From a virus, in the IMG/VR virus record IMGVR_UViG_3300025168_000033, positions 32,001 to 96,000 of that record: DNA of 64,000 nucleotides. The stretch is one strand, 5' to 3'. Of the stretch, positions 50,145-58,913 are shown piece by piece. Numbering within the stretch: the stretch's first letter is position 1; each line of letters opens with the position of its first letter. Both the position numbers and the translations under genes were made by a program. Under the pieces are notes generated by a model. It worked only from the letters and a program-made list of their open reading frames with translations, did not search any database and was not told where the DNA came from.

Positions 50145-50459
50145 TTAGTCATAAACTACTGCACCATCATCACCATAAGTAAATACTGCGGTTTCACCTT
50201 CTAGATCTAAAGCAATTACATCTTCATCAGGCTCTAAAAAATCTCCGGCAGTTCCAGAATCGTCATATTTTTTAAGGTCTTTCATCTTGCCTTTAGCAAT
50301 AACATTATAGACATCTCCATGATAATCCTCAGCTTTATCACCAACCTTTACTTTATTAAAAGGCTTTATTTTTTTAGCTTCATTAACTTCATCGTTAGTT
50401 GATTCTTTTAAATTATAAGATTCATTTACAAAATCTTCAAATGATTCAATATTTCTCAT
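50145..50459 (-). CDS. tagged small SH3/KOW-like protein
   Basis: MRNIESFEDFVNE..LKE..VNE|A; KVKVGD. Confidence 0.6.
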   Translation of the reverse strand: MRNIESFEDFVNESYNLKESTNDEVNEAKKIKPFNKVKVGDKAEDYHGDVYNVIAKGKMKDLKKYDDSGTAGDFLEPDEDVIALDLEGETAVFTYGDDGAVVYD

Positions 50460-50487
50460 ATTTATTTATTTATTTGTTTTATTTATC

Positions 50488-52713
50488 TTAAAGTGATCTA
50501 TATTTCTTTTGAATAGCCTGCCAAACTTTTTCTGGTGTAGTATTTCTACCGGTAGCAAATTTATTAACGCTAGTAGAACCACGTTTATTAGGTGAAGTTA
50601 TTGATAATTGAATGAAAGGTTTGTCACCAATTTCGTTATATTGGAATGCCCATATTAATGCTAATTCATCAACTTTAACAGTGAATTCTACTGCACCATA
50701 AAAGTTTTCTTTTACATCTTCAACCTTCATATTTCCTAAATATTTGTCACCCTTTAATAAAAATTCCGTAAAAGATTTATACCAGTCGTTCGATCTTTTT
50801 TCAAATTCTGACAACGGCCATGCTTCATTAACAGATTCAAATTTCAGATTTTGAGTAACTTCTGGTGGAAGATCGTTATATTCAGAATCAATATATTTTT
50901 CTACATTATCTGGGTCTTTAACTGCTGTTAATAGTGCTGATTCTCTTTCGTCATCACTTAATTCATCCCATTTAATTGATTTTTGAGATTTCTCGTTTAA
51001 AAATTCGTCTAGTGATTCCGCAACTAATTTCATGTTTGGCTTTGATTTTGTCTGATTAATATTATCAAATATTCGTTGTCCAAATTTAGAAAGTTGATAT
51101 GTTTTTTCACCGCTTTCATTTTTTGATACTTTAAAGTAATTCATGTTTGATTTGAACCATCGAGTTTGATTAACTGATTTTCCTAAATCTTCTTCAACAC
51201 GAATTAACATATCCTTGATTTGTTCTTCGGTCATTATATTGTTACCAATATATTTGATAATTGAATTACGTAAGGGTGCTTTTTCATTTATACGTCTAGC
51301 ATCATAAATTCCATATTTACGTTTAATAGTATGTTTAGCTTCATTAACACTAACTATCTTAGCTTGTTTTATACGTGATTTATTTACTAATTCTTTTTCT
51401 TTCGTTTCAGCTTCTTCTTTAGTTTTAAATATTCCAGATTTAGCATTTTCCCCATCTTGGGTTTTATATTCAACTCTAAAACCTTCCCCTGATTGATTAA
51501 CTGATTCAGTTATAGAATTCAACATTTCCTGTTTACTAAATACTAAGCTTTTTGGATGACTTGAAAGTTCAAATGTAGTACTATACATAGCACTAAGTTT
51601 AGCACCAATTTCTTTACCATTTTTATCTGTTACGATATATTCATTGAAAGCGTTTGACTTTCTACCATAATCAGTAACAGTATAAACATTAGTATCTGTA
51701 TTAAATTTAGATCCGATTTCTATTTTATTGAAAATTTTAGTACCTAGCATACTGATTTTACTTCCAGAAATAGTTCCCTCATTTAAGTCATAAGATTCAC
51801 TAAATAATCTTCTACCTGTTTTATCTTCTAGATGTAATTTTGCTTTAGGATATTTCTCTTGCATTACATTAAATGTAGCAGGAGCAACATCTGGAGTAGA
51901 AACTGGTTCTTGATGAATTACTTTGCCATCTTGTATAACTACAATTACTGCTGGATAGCTTCCTTGAGTTGCAGCTTTATATACTTTACGTCTAGATGCT
52001 TCAGTAACTAATGATTCATCCATTACCATATATTTAGATGGAACTATAAATTCTCCTTGTCCACTTTTTACAATCATTCCTTTATTACCACGAGTCATCT
52101 TAATAACTTTATAAACATCGTCATAATCTAAAGAAACACCTTCCTTATCTAGAATTTCTTCAACAAAATGTGGAGCTCCCAGAACTACAAAATCACCTTT
52201 CTTGAATTTAGATTCGTTAATTTCTTTATTTTCCTCATTTGCTAAAGGATTAGGAATAGTAATTGATTTACCTTGATAAAATCTCTTTTTTAGTTTATCA
52301 ATAGTATCATTCTTCTTTAAATAGTAAGGATGCTCATATTGATCTGAATCATCTCCTACAATAAGAATAATATGTTCTCCTTCATCAGAACTATATATTT
52401 TAAAGTCTGAACCTAATACTTTACCTTTTATATTCTTTTTAGCCTCATTTACAGATTCGGTATATAATATTTCAGAATCAAAATTATATTTAGGACCATC
52501 TTGTTCAGCATCTTGTACATCTATAGTTCCGTTTTTATTAATATTGATAACTCTGAATTCAGTTCCAACTGAGGCACCTTTATGCATTTCTTCATCTCTA
52601 TCATCGTCACCAGTTTGATATATTACAACAATATCACCGACTTTTGATCGTTCGCCATTGTAATATTTTGCAGATGCCTCATTCAAGAAGTCTTCAAATT
52701 TTTCTATTGCCAT
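50488..52713 (-). CDS. tagged multidomain polyprotein
   Basis: MAIEKFEDFLNE; about 8 internal (V/I/L)(N/T)E junctions separating small domains. Confidence 0.65.
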   Translation of the reverse strand: MAIEKFEDFLNEASAKYYNGERSKVGDIVVIYQTGDDDRDEEMHKGASVGTEFRVININKNGTIDVQDAEQDGPKYNFDSEILYTESVNEAKKNIKGKVLGSDFKIYSSDEGEHIILIVGDDSDQYEHPYYLKKNDTIDKLKKRFYQGKSITIPNPLANEENKEINESKFKKGDFVVLGAPHFVEEILDKEGVSLDYDDVYKVIKMTRGNKGMIVKSGQGEFIVPSKYMVMDESLVTEASRRKVYKAATQGSYPAVIVVIQDGKVIHQEPVSTPDVAPATFNVMQEKYPKAKLHLEDKTGRRLFSESYDLNEGTISGSKISMLGTKIFNKIEIGSKFNTDTNVYTVTDYGRKSNAFNEYIVTDKNGKEIGAKLSAMYSTTFELSSHPKSLVFSKQEMLNSITESVNQSGEGFRVEYKTQDGENAKSGIFKTKEEAETKEKELVNKSRIKQAKIVSVNEAKHTIKRKYGIYDARRINEKAPLRNSIIKYIGNNIMTEEQIKDMLIRVEEDLGKSVNQTRWFKSNMNYFKVSKNESGEKTYQLSKFGQRIFDNINQTKSKPNMKLVAESLDEFLNEKSQKSIKWDELSDDERESALLTAVKDPDNVEKYIDSEYNDLPPEVTQNLKFESVNEAWPLSEFEKRSNDWYKSFTEFLLKGDKYLGNMKVEDVKENFYGAVEFTVKVDELALIWAFQYNEIGDKPFIQLSITSPNKRGSTSVNKFATGRNTTPEKVWQAIQKKYRSL

Positions 52714-52730
52714 AATATAATTTTCTTTTA

Positions 52731-53585
52731 TTATTTATCTTCAGATAGTTCGTCTTTTAATTGAGGATAATATTGATGTGTAGTTGTATCAGTCATGGAT
52801 TTGAATGATTTTATATCATCTTCTATTAAAGCTTTACGAACTTTAGATGCACTAATATTATCATCAGTACGTTTTATTTCATGAGCTTTAAATTCTGGAT
52901 CTACATTTAAATCCAATCTATAAGAATCTTTTTGAATTTGACCGCTATAGGCTTTTAATCTATCTGATCCAGTACCCCACAAAATAGGCTCATATTCAGG
53001 ACGTAATTCATTATAAATTGTATCTATACCCGCTCTTGAAATAGTTCTGAATCCTTCTATAAATTTATGTTTCTTTGCAAGATCGTTAAATATTTGCTCT
53101 ATTAAACCTTCACTAAACGGTGTTTTTTCCTTGTTAATTTTCTTTGCACGCACCATAAGTACTATTACAGGATATCCATTTTCTTCGGACAAAGATTTAA
53201 GAACTTTTATATGTCCTAGCGTCGGAGGTTGAAAACGTCCCGCAATAATATTAACTTTTTTATTGCCAGGTTCTGTTGAATCTACCTTTAAAGCTTCATT
53301 TAAAGATTCAGATATTTTTCCGGTTTTAGATACTTTATAATATGTAGGTATTTTATCCCAATCTTTACCGTTAGTTTTTATGCCTGAATACATTTGATTT
53401 TTATCACTTTTCCATGCACCACCAGTTCCATCTTTATATTTGATCATGGTTGGTGTTTCTTCATAAAACCACCAATCGCCATCAGAATGCTGTGCTAAAT
53501 ATCTTGCCCAATCTGGGATATTTTTAAATTTAGGAAATTGTTTTCCTTCATTTATGAAATCAAAAAATCTTTTGAATCTATTCAT
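52731..53585 (-). CDS. tagged HxGH-type (cytidylyltransferase-like) nucleotidyltransferase with an N-terminal extra domain
   Basis: MNRFKRFFDFINE; ISESLNE| then GRFQPPTLGH, GSDR, ISASKVR. Confidence 0.75.
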   Translation of the reverse strand: MNRFKRFFDFINEGKQFPKFKNIPDWARYLAQHSDGDWWFYEETPTMIKYKDGTGGAWKSDKNQMYSGIKTNGKDWDKIPTYYKVSKTGKISESLNEALKVDSTEPGNKKVNIIAGRFQPPTLGHIKVLKSLSEENGYPVIVLMVRAKKINKEKTPFSEGLIEQIFNDLAKKHKFIEGFRTISRAGIDTIYNELRPEYEPILWGTGSDRLKAYSGQIQKDSYRLDLNVDPEFKAHEIKRTDDNISASKVRKALIEDDIKSFKSMTDTTTHQYYPQLKDELSEDK

Positions 53586-53586
53586 G

Positions 53587-54816
53587 TTAATTGTTTAATT
53601 TTAGAAATTCAGAAAATGATAAAGTAACATCAGATTCATTTGTATTTTTAGCTATTGTAACATTATCAATATTTGTAATGATTTGATTGATGTCATTAAT
53701 CATAGCCTTATCTATAACCTGTGTTGCTCGTTTACGTAATTTTTTAAATGTTCCAATAAGAACTTTAAAAGTATCATGATAAAGCGGCTTAGACTTTATT
53801 AATTTTAATGCTTCTTTATTATCTATAAATTTATAGTTAACTTTGAATTCAGGTATTTTTGCAAAATCTGGAGTATCAAATTCAAATCCATCTATGACAG
53901 ATTTCTTTTTAGATACAAAGTCTACAAATATCTGTGACATTAAATCGATATATCTATCGTCTTTTGTATTACCCGATATTGAATAAGAATCAACACCATT
54001 AATTCTCATAAATTCAACCATTTGCATAATAGCAATTGCCGTTGAATCCGGTGTTTGTCTTGGCTTTTGTCTGTCTTTTGATTTTAATCTAGCATTTGCA
54101 GTAAAAAGTGGATCGACCATTTTAGCACTAAATTCTTCTTTAGGACCGCTTATGAATTTAAAAACAATTCCTTCAATAGGCTTGTCTAGATCATTTTGTA
54201 ATGCAGTTTTTTTAAGCTTTGGATTAATTATAGATAGAATATATCTTACAAATGAAGTAGTTTCAAATTTCTTAACTAGATCTTCAAATGGTGTTTGAAT
54301 AAATTCCAATAGGTCTTCTCTTTGTTGTGGTTTTAATTTGCCACTAAAATATACAGGCGGTTCATCAACATTAATTATATTAGCCCATTTACTAAGAACC
54401 TTTGGATCGGTAATAACTTTCTTGGTTCTTCCACCTGAATCAACAATTTTTATATCTGTAAGAACTAAAGAATTTTTAGGCATTTTATCATATAACGTAT
54501 TGACTGGCTTCTTGTTTACAAAATATTCAAATCCAAATCTAAAATCTGTTGGCAATAATTTCTTTTTAGAATCTGCAATAGCCTCAATAAATTCAATAGG
54601 CCTTTCAAATACAGACATCATAGTTCTTTCAACCTTACTAATAGGATTTTTAGGATCTCTTTTATAGAATAAAATTGATTGATCCGATTGCTTTTGAAAT
54701 TCAAATCTAGTACCATCCAATTTCTCAGATACTAATACATAATTATTTAAAAGTGACTTAACAAATTCTTCTCCTTTTTTAGAAGATATATCAAATAAGT
54801 GTGGTAATCCGGCCAT
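53587..54816 (-). CDS. ATP-dependent RNA ligase-like (covalent nucleotidyltransferase) protein
   Basis: motif I SEKLDG, FGFEY, IEGIVF, AKMVD; C-terminal TNE..LSFSEFL. Confidence 0.7.
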   Translation of the reverse strand: MAGLPHLFDISSKKGEEFVKSLLNNYVLVSEKLDGTRFEFQKQSDQSILFYKRDPKNPISKVERTMMSVFERPIEFIEAIADSKKKLLPTDFRFGFEYFVNKKPVNTLYDKMPKNSLVLTDIKIVDSGGRTKKVITDPKVLSKWANIINVDEPPVYFSGKLKPQQREDLLEFIQTPFEDLVKKFETTSFVRYILSIINPKLKKTALQNDLDKPIEGIVFKFISGPKEEFSAKMVDPLFTANARLKSKDRQKPRQTPDSTAIAIMQMVEFMRINGVDSYSISGNTKDDRYIDLMSQIFVDFVSKKKSVIDGFEFDTPDFAKIPEFKVNYKFIDNKEALKLIKSKPLYHDTFKVLIGTFKKLRKRATQVIDKAMINDINQIITNIDNVTIAKNTNESDVTLSFSEFLKLNN

Positions 54817-54835
54817 TGTTTTTGTTTATGTTGTA

Positions 54836-55990
54836 TTATTTTATTTTCATTCCAATCATCATATTCTTATCGGAAATACCAATAACAATACCATCTCTTT
54901 CATATTCAGTTCCGTCAGCATAAGCACCAATTGGCTTAACATATTTAAATCCAAGATTTTTAATAAGTTTTGAAGTAATATCAAATCCTAGACTGGATTC
55001 AAATCCAGTAACTTTACCAAATCCAGTAACAAATCCTGTTTTAGCTGCAATTATACCTTTAGGATTTTTTTGAAATGCTTCAGGAGCAACAGTCTTAAAT
55101 TCTTTTACAAATGCTTTCCATATTGGATCACTAGATAATGTTTTTCTGTCCCAAGTAAAATCACGAATCATTGAAAAACTATCCGATTCAAATACTTCTA
55201 TTCCATTATCACCATAGAATTTTTTAATTATATCGTAAAGATCGTCCTTTGCATCTTGATTATTTTTTATAAAAACTTTTAACGGTCTTATTAGATTTAA
55301 AAAGTTTTTTCTACTAAGCTTCATTTCTTCATCTATAAATTCAGACTCATTAATAGATTTAAGATTTAATTCAATTAAAGTATTAACACCATCTCTATGA
55401 ACCTCAGAAAATTTGACATCACCAAAATCAGATAAAATATCTTTTAAAATTGTTGTATCTAATTCTATTATCTCATCTTTTAAATGTTCATAAGCAGAAG
55501 TATAAAATTGTAATTTGCCACTTCTTAATCGTGCTATTAATATTCCAATATTTTCAACTGCTAGCCAGGCATGCCTATTTCTTTTGCCTCTTCGACTTAC
55601 TTTACGAGCCATTAATTCTTCTATTAAAAGCGCTTGAAATCTAGAACTAGCCTGATCAACACCACTATAAGTAATATTATCTGTTACAAAAAAATCATAT
55701 AGTGTATCAGCTTTAAAAGTTTCATTTAATGGAAATGACCATTGTCTTGATGACATTGGTGCATAAGGAGCTAATTTCTTCCATGCCTTTTCAGCATCTT
55801 TACGTTTACCAGCTTTATCCAGATCCTGTATCATTTGATTAGTTGTTTCCCAATCAGCAATACCAGCCTTATAAGCTCTCGGATCATCACTCATCATATA
55901 AGTCCAATCCATAGATTTTAATTGTGCCTCAAGATCCTTGATAGTAACTCTTTCATTTAAGAAATCGTCAAACTTTTTAAATTGTCCCAT
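54836..55990 (-). CDS. tagged multidomain polyprotein
   Basis: MGQFKKFDDFLNE; DWTYMMSDD domain; PLNE, SINE, VFE junctions. Confidence 0.6.
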   Translation of the reverse strand: MGQFKKFDDFLNERVTIKDLEAQLKSMDWTYMMSDDPRAYKAGIADWETTNQMIQDLDKAGKRKDAEKAWKKLAPYAPMSSRQWSFPLNETFKADTLYDFFVTDNITYSGVDQASSRFQALLIEELMARKVSRRGKRNRHAWLAVENIGILIARLRSGKLQFYTSAYEHLKDEIIELDTTILKDILSDFGDVKFSEVHRDGVNTLIELNLKSINESEFIDEEMKLSRKNFLNLIRPLKVFIKNNQDAKDDLYDIIKKFYGDNGIEVFESDSFSMIRDFTWDRKTLSSDPIWKAFVKEFKTVAPEAFQKNPKGIIAAKTGFVTGFGKVTGFESSLGFDITSKLIKNLGFKYVKPIGAYADGTEYERDGIVIGISDKNMMIGMKIK

Positions 55991-56004
55991 TGTAATTTAT
56001 AATT

Positions 56005-56943
56005 TTAATTCCATCCGCCAGAATAGTAATCACTACCACCTGAAACTTTTGGTATTTTGAATGTTTTTCCGTTTATTGTAAATGTAGCTGTGTAAAAATA
56101 TGTAGTAGAAAATGAAGAACTAACAACTGCGCTATGCTCACTTCCTAGCATCTTGATTTCTTTTACATCTATTTTATCCCACTTAACATCATCACCTTTT
56201 AGTATAATTTCTTTAATGTATGCAAATGGTTTAGCCATTGGAGGTTGAACCCATGCCAATTTACCAAGATTAGTTCCGTTTCCACCAGGTCTATCTGCAA
56301 CTTTATACATGTCTGTCTTATATTCTATTAGTTCTCTGATATTGAAATCCGTCCACCAACTTCTTGCAAATTGAGCCATCTTTGGAATTCCAAATTTTAA
56401 TATATGAGCCTTCTCAACATCAGTAAAAGTTTTAATTATATCATAAAGCTTGTATTTTTTGTTAAGTTCACGTCTATCTTTACTTGCAAGACCAGACCAT
56501 AATGCATATATAATCTCATCATCGTCATTATCTTCAATTAGCTTAGTATATGAAGCTGCTAATCTAACTGCTTCTTCCTTGCTTCTAGGATCTGCATTAT
56601 TACGATGTGCATCTTTATAATCATCACCAAAGTTTCTGAATACCTCTGTAAATTCCTTTATCATCTTTGAATTTGGTGTTCTACCTGTTCCAGCTGCAGC
56701 TAATATATCATTTTTATCGTTTTCACCGAGTTCAGCAAATTTAGGATCTTTAACAAGCTTTGCTAATGTTATATTTGTATCAATTCCAGCATTTTTTAAT
56801 GACCAAGCAAGATCTCCTTGTTTACTTTCAACATCACCTTTACTATAAGAATTCTTTATTGTATAAACTTTCTTTACAACTTTCATATAATCGCCGTAAT
56901 AAGCTTCGTTTAAAAATTGTTCATAGGATTGTATCTTCTTCAT
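56005..56943 (-). CDS. tagged putative internal head protein
   Basis: MKKIQSYEQFLNE. Confidence 0.65.
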   Translation of the reverse strand: MKKIQSYEQFLNEAYYGDYMKVVKKVYTIKNSYSKGDVESKQGDLAWSLKNAGIDTNITLAKLVKDPKFAELGENDKNDILAAAGTGRTPNSKMIKEFTEVFRNFGDDYKDAHRNNADPRSKEEAVRLAASYTKLIEDNDDDEIIYALWSGLASKDRRELNKKYKLYDIIKTFTDVEKAHILKFGIPKMAQFARSWWTDFNIRELIEYKTDMYKVADRPGGNGTNLGKLAWVQPPMAKPFAYIKEIILKGDDVKWDKIDVKEIKMLGSEHSAVVSSSFSTTYFYTATFTINGKTFKIPKVSGGSDYYSGGWN

Positions 56944-56952
56944 AATATGTAT

Positions 56953-57384
56953 TTATTTGTTTAGGTCTTTATTAAAATCAATGTAACTATCACGATCTGT
57001 AAGTTTTTTCATTCCTTGAACCATATCTCTAGTTAATGATTCTTTATTATCGTATGCAATAACTAAAAAGAAGTCTGCGTTGTTACCACTGTCATTTTGT
57101 CTATCTGAAGATTCCCATCCCGGACCCCATTTCACCCAAGATCCATTTACTGATTCAAGATTTTTCACATCCTTAGTATAAAGATCACCAGCAGCATTGG
57201 TTGTTAACAAATATGCAAAGTCTTCTTTATATTTGAAGTTTTTGTCTTTTGGTTCATAAACATCGAATCCGAGTTTCTTAAGACCTTTTTTGATATTAGG
57301 CATATCACGTATAATGTAATGTGGTTCATATCTAGAAGTATTAGCTTCGTTTAAAAATTGTTCATATGATTGTATCTTCTTCAT
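56953..57384 (-). CDS. tagged putative internal head protein
   Basis: MKKIQSYEQFLNE; late promoter at 57403-57411. Confidence 0.65.
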   Translation of the reverse strand: MKKIQSYEQFLNEANTSRYEPHYIIRDMPNIKKGLKKLGFDVYEPKDKNFKYKEDFAYLLTTNAAGDLYTKDVKNLESVNGSWVKWGPGWESSDRQNDSGNNADFFLVIAYDNKESLTRDMVQGMKKLTDRDSYIDFNKDLNK

Positions 57385-57453
57385 AATCGTACTTTTGTTT
57401 TTTTATATATCTTTGCACTATCTATAGTTAAATATAAACAATTTTTTTGACAT

Positions 57454-57486
57454 AAAAAAATCTGGAAGTAACGAATTTCCAGATTT
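57454..57486 (-). terminator. intrinsic terminator after NTase gene
   Basis: AAATCTGGAA...TTCCAGATTTTTTT on minus strand. Confidence 0.7.
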
Positions 57487-57525
57487 AAATGGTCGTAACC
57501 ATCCCGGTCCTAAAATCGGTTTATT

Positions 57526-58455
57526 TTATGCCATTTCACTTGGATAAGGAAATCCAGCCTTGACAATTCCTTCTTTATATACTTTTATTATTTCACTTAA
57601 TTTGTGTTTGTGAATAAATTTAGATGAATTCATCCAGTTCCAAATAGATTCGAATGAATTTAAATCATTCACCTTTCCTTCGGGTCCTAAAACAAATTTA
57701 GCAATATCATCAATATTTTTTGTAATAGCTTTGTCTGCACCTTTAATTGTAGATGCATTTTTCTTTCTTCCCCTTTTACCGTCAAATGATTTAGTTTGTA
57801 TTTTTAAACCGTCATGTGCAGTAAGAGTATATTTTTGAAAGTCTTTTACTAATCCTTCATATTCACCGCCAAATTCTTTCTTATAGATATTTGGTTCACC
57901 ATCAAAATCGATATTTTGAATAATATCATAAATAAGTTTAGTTCTATAAACTCCTTTATATTTTGATTCTTCTTTTGTAAAGTCTGGTGAATGATAAATG
58001 AATGTTGCTAATTTAATATCATCAACAACCATAAAATCTATTTGAACAAATTTATCTGTAATCTTGCCTTTTTCATCATACTGTGGAAATTTAATGTTTG
58101 TAACACCTAATCCTTTAGTAAGATTTGTTTCATATTTAGGAAATGTTTTTGTTAGTTGATTATAAACTTCCGTAACAACATCGCCAAATGATAATTTATT
58201 TGCAGCACCATAAACTAATCCGTTTATTGAAATATCAATATCACCAGATGTAGATCCAGCTTTCTTTTTAAATGTACTTCCTAATACACCATATTCATCT
58301 TTATTTAAACCAAGAACTGGCTTGATAAATGTCTTTAATAAAACGTCAAATGTCGGTTTTTGATATTCCGCTGGAATAGGATGAGTGCCATTAAATGCAT
58401 TACCTGATTCCAGTAATCTTTCTTCAACAAAAGCTTCAAATAATTTAAATTCCAT
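57526..58455 (-). CDS. tagged Pol-beta-superfamily nucleotidyltransferase
   Basis: MEFKLFEAFVEERLLE|SGNAF; LGS..KK....SGDIDI; VQIDFM (third Asp). Confidence 0.7.
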   Translation of the reverse strand: MEFKLFEAFVEERLLESGNAFNGTHPIPAEYQKPTFDVLLKTFIKPVLGLNKDEYGVLGSTFKKKAGSTSGDIDISINGLVYGAANKLSFGDVVTEVYNQLTKTFPKYETNLTKGLGVTNIKFPQYDEKGKITDKFVQIDFMVVDDIKLATFIYHSPDFTKEESKYKGVYRTKLIYDIIQNIDFDGEPNIYKKEFGGEYEGLVKDFQKYTLTAHDGLKIQTKSFDGKRGRKKNASTIKGADKAITKNIDDIAKFVLGPEGKVNDLNSFESIWNWMNSSKFIHKHKLSEIIKVYKEGIVKAGFPYPSEMA

Positions 58456-58470
58456 TTATTGATTATATTT

Positions 58471-58896
58471 TTAAGCTATTTTATACAATGCCTTATATAC
58501 TGTATTAATTTGCTTTTCTAATGTATTTAACTTTTTAGGATCCATTTTTTTAATAGATTCAGCAACCCAATACTGTGTACCTTCATGACCTAAAAGAGCA
58601 ACTAAGTCACCGAATGCTTTCATAGTCGAACCTGCATTAGCTTCATTTACTACATCATTAACCGATTCATAAACATCGATTTCTGGATTTTTTGATTTAA
58701 TTAATTTCTTTTCCGCCGAGTCAATAGCATCACTTAAATTATCCTGATATTCAGGATTAATAAATCCTTCCCAATCACCAGAATTTTGTAATTCAGTTAA
58801 TCCAACTATACAGGCTTCTATTTCCATCTCTTCTAATTTAATATTAGATGCTTTACCCTCAGTTAAAAAGTCTTTATATGCTTTTATATTTTTCAT
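58471..58896 (-). CDS. tagged putative internal head protein
   Basis: MKNIKAYKDFLTE; internal VYESVNDVVNE|A. Confidence 0.6.
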   Translation of the reverse strand: MKNIKAYKDFLTEGKASNIKLEEMEIEACIVGLTELQNSGDWEGFINPEYQDNLSDAIDSAEKKLIKSKNPEIDVYESVNDVVNEANAGSTMKAFGDLVALLGHEGTQYWVAESIKKMDPKKLNTLEKQINTVYKALYKIA

Positions 58897-58913
58897 ATTT
58901 AAAAAAATGATTT

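Noticed and set aside
54799-54816. Ligase-like protein and tail tube both begin MAGLPH
   Set aside because: Only six residues, different codons, no further similarity; treated as coincidence
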